Part shown: piece after piece, positions 28,898 through 39,448 of the stretch
How the letters are laid out: each line of letters opens with the position of its first letter
Position numbering within the stretch: the stretch's first letter is position 1
The notes under the pieces: model-generated
The model's database searches: none
The model's input: only the letters and a program-made list of their open reading frames with translations
Told to the model about the DNA's origin: nothing
Program-made: the position numbers and the translations under genes
Source of the DNA: an uncultured bacterium
GTDB lineage: Bacteria; Patescibacteriota; Saccharimonadia; UBA4664
Assembly (NCBI GenBank): GCA_963720265.1
Contig: CAVRET010000002.1
Coordinates: 392,704-456,703 of the forward strand
Direction of reading: 5' to 3'
DNA: 64,000 bases

Positions 28898-30318
28898 TGC
28901 CGGCCTGGCTGTCACGTTACCGGCCGCGCTACGTTCGTTCGCTCGTCTATATGCTGCAGGCCACAGAATATAACACCAACGATTACCTTGGCTGGTACCG
29001 TCGCACCAGCGATTTTGGTCATGTCGAAATTCGTCATCGACTCAAAAAAACTCCCAAAGCTCTCGCCCTGCTCGCCGCCTGCTGGCTGATCGTGGCAGTT
29101 CTCATTGGCCTGATGACCGCATTCGCGTTGCGCACTACGCCACCGTTACGATTCATTGTGCCGATCGTTGGATTGCTACTTGTGCCATACCTTACCGCTT
29201 ATCTCGTGCTCTTGCCGCTCTTCATTGTGCGGCTAGCCGAGATCCCAGTCGTCCATGCCCGCATGCGTCGGGCTCGTCGCACACTCGCCGCTCATCCGGG
29301 GGTCAAGATTGCTGTTGCCGGCAGCTACGGCAAGACCACCATGCGCGAAATCCTGCGCGCGGTCCTCGCCGAGGGCAAAGCAGTAGCCGCCCCGCCCCAC
29401 AGCTTCAACACGCCGCTCGGCATCAGCGGGTTCGTGCGCGGACTGACTGGCCGCGAGCAAGTACTCATCTTCGAACTCGGTGAGTATTATCCCGGCGATA
29501 TCAGGCGTTTGTGCGAACTGGTTGACCCGGACATGGGCGTTATTACCGGCATCAATGAAGCTCACCTCAGCCGGTTTAAGAAGCTTGAGCGCACGACCGC
29601 CACTATCTTTGAGCTGGCCGACTGGCTGGGTAACAAACCACTCTACGTCAACGGTGAAAGCGAACTCGCCCGCCACCGTGTGCAACAGCATCTGGAATAC
29701 ACCCGTGCTGGCGTGGCTGGTTGGCACGTTAGCCGCGCCGAAACGAGCTTGGGTGGCACAACATTTGCGCTCACCAAAGGTTCCACGAAGATGCATATCA
29801 AGTCCCATTTGCTCGGGCTCCACCAAATTGGGCCACTGGCCGCCGCCGCCGCTATTGCCGCCGAGCTTGGATGCACGGCCGACCAGATCGAGCGCGGACT
29901 CGGTAGTGTTCAGCCGTTCGAACACCGCCTGCAGCCCTCCACCGATGCTGCCGGTATCACCATCATCGATGACAGCTACAACGGTAATCCCGACGGCGTT
30001 CGCGCCTGCATCGACTTCTTAGCAACACTGAAAGGCCGCCGCTTCTACGTCACGCCTGGCCTGGTTGAAATGGGTCCGAGCAGCCGAGCGGTCCACGAGG
30101 CTATTGGCCACCAGCTCGCTGCCGAAGGCATTGAGCAGGTCGTGCTCGTGCGCAACTCGGTCACGCCACACATTGCCGAGGGACTGGGGGCCGCGCATTA
30201 CAAAGGCCACATCACCTGGTACGATACCGGCCCGGCTGCGCTCGCCGCCCTGCCGCAGCTCACCGTGCGCGGCGATATTGTTTTACTGCAAAACGACTGG
30301 CCCGATCAGTACGCATGA
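28897..30318 (+). CDS. murF: Mur ligase MurF-like with N-terminal TM helices
   Basis: GSYGKTT, SFNTPLG, IDDSYNGNP; adjacent to ddl. Confidence 0.85.
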   Translation: MPAWLSRYRPRYVRSLVYMLQATEYNTNDYLGWYRRTSDFGHVEIRHRLKKTPKALALLAACWLIVAVLIGLMTAFALRTTPPLRFIVPIVGLLLVPYLTAYLVLLPLFIVRLAEIPVVHARMRRARRTLAAHPGVKIAVAGSYGKTTMREILRAVLAEGKAVAAPPHSFNTPLGISGFVRGLTGREQVLIFELGEYYPGDIRRLCELVDPDMGVITGINEAHLSRFKKLERTTATIFELADWLGNKPLYVNGESELARHRVQQHLEYTRAGVAGWHVSRAETSLGGTTFALTKGSTKMHIKSHLLGLHQIGPLAAAAAIAAELGCTADQIERGLGSVQPFEHRLQPSTDAAGITIIDDSYNGNPDGVRACIDFLATLKGRRFYVTPGLVEMGPSSRAVHEAIGHQLAAEGIEQVVLVRNSVTPHIAEGLGAAHYKGHITWYDTGPAALAALPQLTVRGDIVLLQNDWPDQYA

Positions 30319-30331
30319 TACAATCTGACCT

Positions 30332-31495
30332 ATGAAGAAAACCGTTGCCGTTATCTTCGGCGGTCACAGCGCCGAGCACGATGTTTCTATCATCACCGGC
30401 CACATTCCTGTCATCCAAGCGCTCGAGGCCGCCGGCGACTACGAAATCGTACCCATCTATATCACGACCGACGGCGCCTGGTACTCCGAGCCTGCCATGG
30501 CGAAGCTCGAATATTTTCAGCGCGCAGATTATCTCGAAAACCTAAAAAAACAAAAGCAGCTCCAGTTCTCGTTCGAAAGCGGGCTCAAATTCATCTGGCC
30601 GGGCGGTTTGCGTCCGCGCACCGTCGCGGTTAACATCGTCTTCCCGGCGCTGCACGGCACCTATGGCGAAGACGGCACCCTCATGGGCTTCTTACGCCTG
30701 GCCAACATCCCGTTCGTCGGCTGCGACCTCGAAGCTTCGAACATCGCCATGGACAAAGTGCTGACCAAACTCGCCACCGAGCCGCTCGGCATCCACAGCA
30801 CACCCTACGTTTGGTTTACGGCTGTGGATTGGGCCGAACGCGCCGCCGATTACCGCGCGCAAATCGCGCAAAAGCTCGAGTACCCCTTGTTCGTCAAGCC
30901 GGTCCATCTCGGCTCCACCATCGCCATCACCCGCGTCACCAAACCCGCCGAACTCGACAACGCCATTGAGGTCGCACTCCATTACGATGACAAAGTCATC
31001 GTGGAGCAGGGCGTGCAAAATCTCGTCGAAGTCACCCTTCCCATCATCGGCAACGACGAGCTCGAGCTTGCTCACATCGAGCAGCCACTCGCAACCTTCT
31101 TCGACTTTGAAGAAAAATATCTTAAAAACGGCAAAAAGGGAAGCAGCGGCGTCAACACCCAGTACAGTAACATTCCCGCGCATATCTCCGACGAGCTCGC
31201 CGAACGCGTGCGCGAGCTTGGAGCTGCTACCTACCGAGCCATCGGCGCCAGCGGCACCGCCCGTATCGATTTCCTCATTAATGGTAAAACGAATGAAGTC
31301 TTCATGAACGAGGTCAACACCCTGCCGGGCAGCCTCTATGTACACAACTGGAAGCAAAAAGGCGTTTCGGCGGTTGAGCTCGTCACCAAACTCATCGCCC
31401 TGGCCGAAGAGCGCCACCAAGCCGTTCAGCAAAAGAGCTTTATCTTTAAGTCCGATATCCTAAATAAGCTTAGCGGCTCGAAATTTCAAGAATAG
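30332..31495 (+). CDS. ddl: D-alanine--D-alanine ligase
   Basis: FGGHSAEHDVS, LHGTYGEDG, MDK, NEVNTLPG. Confidence 0.95.
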   Translation: MKKTVAVIFGGHSAEHDVSIITGHIPVIQALEAAGDYEIVPIYITTDGAWYSEPAMAKLEYFQRADYLENLKKQKQLQFSFESGLKFIWPGGLRPRTVAVNIVFPALHGTYGEDGTLMGFLRLANIPFVGCDLEASNIAMDKVLTKLATEPLGIHSTPYVWFTAVDWAERAADYRAQIAQKLEYPLFVKPVHLGSTIAITRVTKPAELDNAIEVALHYDDKVIVEQGVQNLVEVTLPIIGNDELELAHIEQPLATFFDFEEKYLKNGKKGSSGVNTQYSNIPAHISDELAERVRELGAATYRAIGASGTARIDFLINGKTNEVFMNEVNTLPGSLYVHNWKQKGVSAVELVTKLIALAEERHQAVQQKSFIFKSDILNKLSGSKFQE

Positions 31496-31707
31496 TAGAC
31501 AACAGATTATTGACATAGTACCAAATTTCTGCTAATGTTATATTAGTGCCGTCGCATTTTCACTATTGTGTCAACACATCATTGGTAACACATAGTTCTC
31601 GACTCACTCATTATTGACATCACCTATTTTTCTCAAACCTCATCGCCTGCGGCGGCGCGAGGTTGTCCTCTCCCGTAAGGTGGAGGGGCGGAAAAAGGGA
31701 GAAAGTC

Positions 31708-32127
31708 ATGAGTCACAAGCCCGACACCACGGACACCCAGACGACCGCCTCGCTCATTACCAGGAGCCGGCACATCATCGAGGAGCGGAGCTGGAATTAC
31801 CCGGCCGAGCTCTTCAACTGGCTGTCCGAGGACGACCCCGAGGCCCTGCTGGCGAAGTACGCTGCCAACCTGCAGGACCTCACCGCGGGCCGTCCGCGTC
31901 GCACCGAAGTCAACCTGACCGTTCAGGATCCGGATCACGGCAACGTGGGCCTGCACTTCGCGGTGGACACCTTCCGCATCGTGCACTACGTCAGCCCCGT
32001 GCACTGGGTCTTCGCCGGCCGGGCCACCGGAGACAGCGACAACCGGGTGGAGCTCCACTTCGTGAACGGCAAGGCCAGCCTGGCGGTGCTGATCGCCCAG
32101 GACGGCCTGCCCGAAACGACGGAGTAA
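31708..32127 (+). CDS. Hypothetical protein (ORFan)
   Basis: SD GGGAGA; very high GC3; AT-rich promoter region 31500-31560; hairpin 32146-32205. Confidence 0.7.
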   Translation: MSHKPDTTDTQTTASLITRSRHIIEERSWNYPAELFNWLSEDDPEALLAKYAANLQDLTAGRPRRTEVNLTVQDPDHGNVGLHFAVDTFRIVHYVSPVHWVFAGRATGDSDNRVELHFVNGKASLAVLIAQDGLPETTE

Positions 32128-32221
32128 CACCAAATCGGGCGGCACAACCCCGTGGAGTTCCCGGCGCCGGCTCTCGGCACCGGGGACCCCGCGGGTTCCT
32201 TTTTTGTTATAATGTGCTCCC

Positions 32222-34006
32222 GTGAACCAAACTCATATTAGAAATTTTTGTATCATCGCCCACATCGACCATGGCAAGTCCACGCTGGCCGATCGCATGC
32301 TCGAGCTCACCGGCACGGTTGAGCGCCGCAACATGCATGCACAACTGCTCGACACCATGGAGCTCGAGCAAGAAAAGGGGATTACCATCAAGCTCCAGCC
32401 GGTGCGCATGAGCTGGCATGATTACACGCTCAACTTAATTGATACTCCCGGCCACGTTGATTTTAGCTACGAAGTCTCCCGCAGCCTGGCCGCCTGCGAA
32501 GGCGCCGTACTCGTGGTAGACGCCAGCCAAGGCATTCAGGCCCAAACCTTAGCCAATGTCTACCTTGCCATTGAGGCCGGCCTTACCATCATTCCGGTGC
32601 TCAATAAAATCGACCTGCCGGCCGCCGATCCCGAGCGAGTAGCAAATGAGATTGCCAACCTGCTCGATTGCGCGCCCGAAGGCATCTTGCGCGTGTCGGC
32701 CAAAACCGGTGACGGCGTGGCCGAGTTGCTCGACCGCATCGTGGCCGTTGTTCCGCCGCCGGCCGGTAATGCCGAAGCGCCGCTGCGTGGCCTTATTTTC
32801 GACTCTGTTTACGACATCCACCGCGGTGTCATTCTCTACTTGCGCATTGTCGACGGCCGGCTTGCCAAAGGCGACGGGTTAGCCCTCATGGCCACACAAT
32901 CCCGCGGCCTGGCCGTCGAAACCGGTATCTTTACCCCAGCCCAAACCCCAGCCCCAGAGCTTACCGTCGGTTCCATCGGCTATGTTGTCACCAACCTCAA
33001 ATCCATTACCGAAGCCCGCGTCGGCGACACTGTAACGCTGGTCGCAGGTCCCGCCACTGAGCCACTGCCCGGCTACCGCACGGTTAAACCCTTCGTGTTC
33101 GCCGGTTTCTTCCCCGCCTCAGCCGAGCAATACCCAGCACTCAAAGATGCGCTCGAAAAGCTCCGCCTCAACGACGCCGCCCTCCAGTACGAGCCCGAAT
33201 CCAGCCAAGTACTCGGCTTCGGCTACCGAGTCGGCTTCTTGGGCCTGCTCCACCTTGATATCATCAAAGAACGGCTCGAGCGCGAATACGGCCTCGAGCT
33301 TGTGGTCACAAGTCCGTCCACAGATTACATCATCGAGACCACGAGCGGCGAAACCCGCACTATCCGTGCCGCCTCAGAGCTGCCCGACGTCTCAAGCCTT
33401 GCCGCTATCCGCGAGCCCTGGATTCACGGCGAGATCGTCGTGCCGGGAACCTACATCGGCGCCTGCATCCAGCTCATCAACCGCGTGCGCGGCCACCAAT
33501 CCAACCTCAGCTATCTCGACGAATCACTTGCCCTCATCACCTTCGAAGCGCCGCTGTCCGGCGTGTTAACGGATTTCTATGACCAGCTCAAATCCCTCAC
33601 CGCCGGCTACGGCAGCTTCAATTACGACCTCGGCGACTACCGTCCCGAGGCGCTGGTGCGGCTCGATATCCTCATTGCCGGTGAGCTCATCGACTCGCTC
33701 TCATCAATAGTTCATCGCGACGAAGCCGCCCGCCTCGGGCAGGCGACCGTTAATAAACTCAAAGAACTCATCCCGCGCCAAAACTTTGAGGTTGCGCTAC
33801 AGGCCGCTATCGGCAGCAAAATTATCGCCCGCGCCGACGTCAAAGCCGTGCGCAAAGACGTCACCGCTAAACTCTACGGCGGCGACGTTACCCGCAAAAA
33901 CAAGCTCCTCGACAAGCAAAAGAAAGGCAAAGCCCGCATGAAGCGCATCGGTAAGGTAGATCTCCCACCCGAAGCCTTCATGGTGCTCGTTCGCAAAGAC
34001 AGCTAA
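32222..34006 (+). CDS. lepA: Elongation factor 4 LepA
   Basis: IRNFCIIAHIDHGKSTL, DTPGHVDF, GFLGLLH, LYGGDVTRK. Confidence 0.98.
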   Translation: MNQTHIRNFCIIAHIDHGKSTLADRMLELTGTVERRNMHAQLLDTMELEQEKGITIKLQPVRMSWHDYTLNLIDTPGHVDFSYEVSRSLAACEGAVLVVDASQGIQAQTLANVYLAIEAGLTIIPVLNKIDLPAADPERVANEIANLLDCAPEGILRVSAKTGDGVAELLDRIVAVVPPPAGNAEAPLRGLIFDSVYDIHRGVILYLRIVDGRLAKGDGLALMATQSRGLAVETGIFTPAQTPAPELTVGSIGYVVTNLKSITEARVGDTVTLVAGPATEPLPGYRTVKPFVFAGFFPASAEQYPALKDALEKLRLNDAALQYEPESSQVLGFGYRVGFLGLLHLDIIKERLEREYGLELVVTSPSTDYIIETTSGETRTIRAASELPDVSSLAAIREPWIHGEIVVPGTYIGACIQLINRVRGHQSNLSYLDESLALITFEAPLSGVLTDFYDQLKSLTAGYGSFNYDLGDYRPEALVRLDILIAGELIDSLSSIVHRDEAARLGQATVNKLKELIPRQNFEVALQAAIGSKIIARADVKAVRKDVTAKLYGGDVTRKNKLLDKQKKGKARMKRIGKVDLPPEAFMVLVRKDS

Positions 34007-34064
34007 ACACCAAACCGCCGGCTGCCGCCCCCAGTACTCAGGGACCGCAGCCGGCGGGTAAGCC

Positions 34065-34730
34065 TCATATGAAGGCAGTCAGCCGCTGAAGTATCGGCAC
34101 TGCCTCCCGGCCCTCACGTCCGTCGGTACCGGCGATATTCACGACCATGCGGAGTGTGGTGATCAGTTGTCCGCGCAGGCAGCGCGCCTCAATGAGCCGG
34201 AGTAGCACTTGCTGCTCTTCGGTGACCTCGAGGTCGGAACTTCCATTCAGCAGGTCCCGCACCGTGCGGAGTGCCCGTTCGTAATACCCGTACGCATTGG
34301 GCGAACCGGCCTGGCCAAGCTCGAGGTTGGCGAATACCCCGACCATGACCTGCGCCCACCGCGAACCGACAAAAGCCTGCCGAATCGCCTCCTCGTCCAT
34401 TCGAGTGATCGGATCCGGCTCGGCCGTGCATTCCAGTAGAGCGAGCGCGCGCGCCAGTCCGACCGAACCATCCGGCATGTCTGCGGAGGCGTCGTTCCCC
34501 CAGATTCGTGCCATTCCCATGCAGCACTCGGTCAGGTGGAGTTTGAGAGTCCCACGCTCTTCGGGTTCCAGCTCGCCCTCGCCCTCGAGAATCTTCTCAA
34601 AGCACTCGATCGCGCGCTCGAGCAGGCCTAGATCGCCTAGCTCGAGGCCATCGGTCATTAGGCCGCGGGCCGCCCGGTAGAGGGCGTCATGCACCGGGTC
34701 TAGGAGTGCCAATTCGATTGTCATGTTCAC
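34065..34730 (-). CDS. Hypothetical helical (TPR-like) protein
   Basis: Acidic helical repeats; SD GAGAGGTG; hairpin 34015-34057. Confidence 0.6.
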   Translation of the reverse strand: MNMTIELALLDPVHDALYRAARGLMTDGLELGDLGLLERAIECFEKILEGEGELEPEERGTLKLHLTECCMGMARIWGNDASADMPDGSVGLARALALLECTAEPDPITRMDEEAIRQAFVGSRWAQVMVGVFANLELGQAGSPNAYGYYERALRTVRDLLNGSSDLEVTEEQQVLLRLIEARCLRGQLITTLRMVVNIAGTDGREGREAVPILQRLTAFI

Positions 34731-34805
34731 CTCTCGACCAACGTTTGGTTGTGAGCCCCCAAATCATATCACGGCAACATATCCCGGCACGTGTACAATA
34801 CCGTT

Positions 34806-35792
34806 ATGACCCATAAGCAAGCCGAATCCATACTGAGTCGCATCCTGTCGCGCACGATAGAGGTGAGTCGTCTCGACCAACTTCGCCATCCCGGCACTGG
34901 TACCGTATGCCGCATTGCTGTAGCGAACGGAACCATCTATTTGCTCAAAAGCTACCCCTTAGACCTTAGGCCCTCGCCGGATTCCCGCCCGTTCTGGGAC
35001 ACCGAAAGCCGCAACCTCAAGTGCATCGATCCTGCTATCACAATCAACAAGCCGCGCTATTTTGGTAGCTATCAAAATTATTTTCTCGAGGAGTTTATTG
35101 CCGGTGATTTATTCGAGGACCTACTCAATAGTCAAAAGCTCACTACTGAGGAGAACCGGGTGTTGTTCCGGGCGGCCATCGACGAGCTCGTTAACATTCA
35201 CTCCGCCGCTTCACTCATTCGCGACCGACGCCTGTTGCGGCGCCCGTTCGAGCCAGCGAAACTTCTGCGAACGCTAGATGATGCCCGCCAACAGATTGAG
35301 CAAGACGGCTTCCCGGCTTACGCGGGCCGTGGGCTCGAGCACAATCCGCATTGGATCAAAGCCCTCGGTCAGTTGCCCGTCAAGCAAGTAGAAGCCGACC
35401 TCAATACATCGCACTCGTACATTATTGGCCACGGCGACTTTAAGCCCAACAATCTCATCGTTACGCCCGCTCGTCGGGTTGCAGTTGTTGATTGGCTAGG
35501 TCTAGGCAAAGCGCAGCCGTGGTTTGACCTGTCCTATCTGCTCAACTCCGCTCCTCCAGCCGAGCGGCCGGTGCATGTTGCATATTATCTTGAACAGATG
35601 GAAAACCGAGGCCTCCTGTCCGGCATTACCGTCTCGGGAGCTCAACGACTGCTAAAAAGCGGCAGTATCTACCAGGAACTGGTTCGTGCCCGCTCAAACT
35701 CGCGCTATATCGGTACACGAGCTGACCCTCACCACGTCAATGAGTTTACTGCCGCGCTCGATGGACTTACGCGCCTTGTGCTGGACGAATAA
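34806..35792 (+). CDS. Aminoglycoside phosphotransferase/choline kinase-like protein
   Basis: HGDFKPNN, VVDW, FDLSYLL. Confidence 0.85.
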   Translation: MTHKQAESILSRILSRTIEVSRLDQLRHPGTGTVCRIAVANGTIYLLKSYPLDLRPSPDSRPFWDTESRNLKCIDPAITINKPRYFGSYQNYFLEEFIAGDLFEDLLNSQKLTTEENRVLFRAAIDELVNIHSAASLIRDRRLLRRPFEPAKLLRTLDDARQQIEQDGFPAYAGRGLEHNPHWIKALGQLPVKQVEADLNTSHSYIIGHGDFKPNNLIVTPARRVAVVDWLGLGKAQPWFDLSYLLNSAPPAERPVHVAYYLEQMENRGLLSGITVSGAQRLLKSGSIYQELVRARSNSRYIGTRADPHHVNEFTAALDGLTRLVLDE

Positions 35793-36237
35793 GCGCCGCC
35801 ACATCCGCCAAAATCTGTTCGCCGTGCCCCTCCGGCGTCACGTCCGGATAAACCTTAGCGATCTGGCCATCCGGATTCACCAGCACTGTCGTCCGCACAA
35901 TTCCATCAAATTCCCGGCCCGCAAACTTCTTCGGTCCCCATGCGCCATAGGCTTTTATTACCTCGGCCGATACATCGGCCAGCAGTGAGAAATTCAAATG
36001 ATACTTCTCCGCGAATTTGGCATGGCTCCTCACCGAATCTTTCGAAATGCCCACGACGCCCACACCCGCTTTCTCCAGTTCGCTGTACACATCACGGAAA
36101 CTGCACGCCTCTTTGGTGCAACCCGGTGTGTCGTCCTTGGGATAGAAATATATCACCAGCCACTGGCCGGCATAATCGGCCAGCGTCCGGATTGTTCCAG
36201 TCTGGTCTGGCAAGGCAAATGTTGGTGCTGGCTGCAT
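35767..36237 (-). CDS. bcp: Peroxiredoxin Bcp/PrxQ
   Basis: YFYPKDDTPGCTKEAC. Confidence 0.93.
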   Translation of the reverse strand: MQPAPTFALPDQTGTIRTLADYAGQWLVIYFYPKDDTPGCTKEACSFRDVYSELEKAGVGVVGISKDSVRSHAKFAEKYHLNFSLLADVSAEVIKAYGAWGPKKFAGREFDGIVRTTVLVNPDGQIAKVYPDVTPEGHGEQILADVAALIRPAQGA

Positions 36238-36341
36238 GGTAAATTCTCCAATTTCTATCTCATTATAGCCCTGCCGGCCTGCAGACAAAGTTAGGCGTAA
36301 GTGCTATAAATGAAGTCAGTTTCTAACGCCAAGGACGCTCA

Positions 36342-36812
36342 ATGCCTGATAACCCACCTGACCAACCGGCAAACGACGCCAACCAGCCGGCCGAGTCAGA
36401 CTCTGCCCCTCAACCGGCGCCTGCCAGGCCGTCTATTCCGCCTCCGCCCGCCGTTCCGCCGCCGTCAGCAATCGTGCAACCGTTTGAATCAGCCGGCGGG
36501 CCGCCCCCCGCACAGTCCGAAACCAAGCCTTCAGCCAAGCCTCGCAAGGGCCTCATACTTGTATTAATTCTCGTGCTATTGTTGCTAGCCGCAGCCGGAT
36601 TCTATGTTTGGCACGCCGGAGTCAAAATCGGACTAAACAACACCGCGAAATCAACCTCCACACCAAAGCCTTCGGCCAGCGCCACTCCGGTGAGTTCCGT
36701 CGGCCTCAATCAGTCGCTACAGCAAGTTAATACCAGTCTGACCGATTTAAACACCAGCCTCTCGTCCGCCGACACGAGCTTAAATGACAAATCCGGAGAC
36801 TTAAGCGAATGA
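36342..36812 (+). CDS. Pro-rich single-TM protein
   Basis: Pro-rich N-terminus, TM helix, Ser/Thr-rich tail. Confidence 0.7.
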   Translation: MPDNPPDQPANDANQPAESDSAPQPAPARPSIPPPPAVPPPSAIVQPFESAGGPPPAQSETKPSAKPRKGLILVLILVLLLLAAAGFYVWHAGVKIGLNNTAKSTSTPKPSASATPVSSVGLNQSLQQVNTSLTDLNTSLSSADTSLNDKSGDLSE

Positions 36813-37660
36813 TTTCCTTTCTCCGCTCTCGCCGACTGCCCGAACTGGCCTTGATATCGGTACTCATCGCCGCCTCTCCGCTCGCGAGCACGGCCGCGAC
36901 CGGCGGCCCGGTTCAGGCCAAATCCACACCCACACCTTCGCCTGCCTCCACCGTGGCGCCGGACGCCACGCCCAATCCGCCCGCCATCACAAGCCTATCA
37001 GCCACAGCCCAGGCCCAGCGTCTGTCCACGCTCAAAGCCCGCGGCGATGCCGAAATTACCCGCCGCCTCACTAACCTAAACAGCGCCCTCTCCGCCGTGC
37101 AATTTACGACCACCCTGACCTCAAGCGATAAATCAGCGCTGGTCAGCCAGATCCAGACCGAAATCTCCGGCCTGTCCGCGCTCAAGACCAAGCTTGACGC
37201 CGACACCACATTGGCCGAGGCCCGCACCGACGTTCAAAGCATTGTGACCGATTACCGCGTGTATGCGCTTATGCTCCCCAAGGCCCGGCTTGCAGCTGCC
37301 TTCGACCGCTTGGCAACAGTAAACGCCAAGCTTACAACGCTCGAGACCCAGCTCCAAACGGCCATTGGCAGCGCCAGATCGGCCGGCCGTGACGTTACCG
37401 GCATGCAAGCCAGTCTCTCCGATATGCAAGCCAAAATCACAGCCATCACCGCGCTCTCAAGCGACCAGGTAGCCGAGCTCATCGCCCTGCAGCCAAGCGA
37501 TTACAATACTGACCACACGGTACTCGTTGGTTATCGCACGACGCTTGCCACCGGCCAGACCGACGCCAAGGCCGCGGTGGCCGACGCCACCAGTATTATT
37601 CAGTCCCTGAGCGCAAATACCTCGCCGTCGCCTTCACCATCCGCGTCGCCGGCCAGCTAA
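36809..37660 (+). CDS. Secreted coiled-coil protein
   Basis: Signal peptide; helical repeats; ATGA overlap with upstream gene. Confidence 0.75.
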   Translation: MISFLRSRRLPELALISVLIAASPLASTAATGGPVQAKSTPTPSPASTVAPDATPNPPAITSLSATAQAQRLSTLKARGDAEITRRLTNLNSALSAVQFTTTLTSSDKSALVSQIQTEISGLSALKTKLDADTTLAEARTDVQSIVTDYRVYALMLPKARLAAAFDRLATVNAKLTTLETQLQTAIGSARSAGRDVTGMQASLSDMQAKITAITALSSDQVAELIALQPSDYNTDHTVLVGYRTTLATGQTDAKAAVADATSIIQSLSANTSPSPSPSASPAS

Positions 37661-37661
37661 A

Positions 37662-37688
37662 CTAGCACTCTTGACGCCTGAGTGCTAG
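37662..37688 (+). promoter_or_regulatory. CIRCE operator upstream of hrcA
   Basis: CTAGCACTC-N9-GAGTGCTAG with TTGACG -35 in the spacer. Confidence 0.92.
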
Positions 37689-37733
37689 TATTGCTACGCT
37701 AAAACCATCCAGTTAACGCCCGGGAGTTTTCCT

Positions 37734-38429
37734 ATGACACCGCGCCAAGAGCGCATTCTGCACGCTATAGTTGAGACCTACGCCCACACTGCCGAACCAG
37801 TTGGCTCCGCCTCGCTTTGCGAGCAATTTGGCGCCAGTAGTGCTACCATTCGCGCCGAAATGGCGGCCCTCGAAGCCCTCGGTCTCATCACGCAGCCACA
37901 CATTTCCGCCGGACGCGTGCCCACCGACCGCGGCTACCGTCACTATGTTAATGCCCTTGGGCCCACGCCGGCGCCCGACCGCCGCCACGAGCAGGCTCTG
38001 GCCCGCCGAGTCAACAACGCCGGTGAAGTTGAGCGCGCCATTAAGAACGCGGTTGAATCACTGGCACATGTCACCCATAATCTCGGCCTGGCCACTATTG
38101 CCGGCAATCTGTACCTCTCGGGCATCGCTTCGCTGTTTCAACATCCGGAATTCTCGGCCGGCCCGGCTGCCTACGAGGTCGCCCGCCTACTCGATAGTCT
38201 TGAAGAATGGCTGGCCGAAGCCGCGCCGGGCGCCTCAGTGAGCTGCTACATCGGCCGCGAAAACCCCATTGGCCGCACTTCCGGCGCCACGCTCATTATT
38301 AGCAGGTTCAATTCGCCGTATTCCGATCGCAGCTATATCGGCGTGCTCGGCCCCACCAGGCAGCAATATGGCCCGGTCATCGGCCTAGTTGAATACACAG
38401 GTCGTTTGCTCGAAGAAGCGCTAAACTAG
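37734..38429 (+). CDS. hrcA: Heat-inducible repressor HrcA (short form)
   Basis: EPVGS, SSATIR, QPHISAGRVPTDRGYR, IGVLGPTR. Confidence 0.93.
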   Translation: MTPRQERILHAIVETYAHTAEPVGSASLCEQFGASSATIRAEMAALEALGLITQPHISAGRVPTDRGYRHYVNALGPTPAPDRRHEQALARRVNNAGEVERAIKNAVESLAHVTHNLGLATIAGNLYLSGIASLFQHPEFSAGPAAYEVARLLDSLEEWLAEAAPGASVSCYIGRENPIGRTSGATLIISRFNSPYSDRSYIGVLGPTRQQYGPVIGLVEYTGRLLEEALN

Positions 38430-38437
38430 GAGGCATC

Positions 38438-39019
38438 ATGCCAAAGAAAATCGATCCCATTCCCCCGGAGTCTGGCCTCTCCGAGCCCGAAATTGAGCCC
38501 GATACAGCAGCTGACGACGCTCAACCAGCCGATGATCAGCCTGCTATCGTAACGCACCAACCGCGCAGCGCCGACCCGACCCCCGAAGATCGCGTTGCCG
38601 AGCTCACCACCGACCTCCAGCGCCTCCAGGCCGAGTTTCAAAATTTTCGGCGCCGCGCTGACGCTGACCGCGCCGACCTCATGTCGCTGGCTACTGCCCG
38701 CATTGCGCGCGAATTTCTAGCCGTCCGCGATAGCTTTGATGCCGAGGCCCAGCACCGCCCGCCCGGCGCCGATCTCGAATGGGCGAAATCCATTGACGCC
38801 ATCCGCACCCAGTTCGATCAGGTCCTAACCACCTTAGGCGTCACCCGCTTTGCCTCACTCGGCCAGCCTTTTGACCCCCGCCGCCACGAAGCCGTGGCCT
38901 CCGAGGGCGACGGCAATACTGTAATCGAAGAGCTCCAGCCCGGTTACGAGCTTGGCGGCCGGATTTTACGCCCCGCCATGGTCAAAGTCGGACCGGCACC
39001 GGCAAATGACGCAAACTAA
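38438..39019 (+). CDS. grpE: Nucleotide exchange factor GrpE
   Basis: RLQAEFQNFRRR, FDPRRHEAV, GYELGGRILRPAMVKV. Confidence 0.95.
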   Translation: MPKKIDPIPPESGLSEPEIEPDTAADDAQPADDQPAIVTHQPRSADPTPEDRVAELTTDLQRLQAEFQNFRRRADADRADLMSLATARIAREFLAVRDSFDAEAQHRPPGADLEWAKSIDAIRTQFDQVLTTLGVTRFASLGQPFDPRRHEAVASEGDGNTVIEELQPGYELGGRILRPAMVKVGPAPANDAN

Positions 39020-39061
39020 AAAGGCCGCCGCTGAGGCGACCTCTTTAGTGCTGGTATAGCT

Positions 39062-39310
39062 CTAGCGCTTGGCCAGAACCCACAAGCATCCGGCTGTCGA
39101 CAGCACGATCAGGGCATAGCCCAACCCCAACCCTACCGGCGAGCCCCACGAAAACCACGAGCCCCAGGACCGCCAATATTTCAAGGAGTCCTCGTGACTC
39201 CAGTTCTTGGCGCGATGCTCGTCGTGGACCTGTTTCAGCGACTTTTTCGCTTCCTCTTCCACGCTATTGTTCCTTTTACTACTTGCCGTAACATCCGCAC
39301 GATCGACCAC
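39062..39310 (-). CDS. Small membrane protein
   Basis: C-terminal TM helix, WFSWGSPVGLG. Confidence 0.5.
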   Translation of the reverse strand: MVDRADVTASSKRNNSVEEEAKKSLKQVHDEHRAKNWSHEDSLKYWRSWGSWFSWGSPVGLGLGYALIVLSTAGCLWVLAKR

Positions 39311-39448
39311 ATGCCGATGTGCTCATATTCATGAAGACCACGTGCCCTGATAGCCGCGAGTCCGGCCGAGCGTTGCAAGGTGGATTTATATCAACCTATT
39401 AATATCATCTGCCAAAGAAAAGTCAAAACTCGTGTATGTGCTACCATA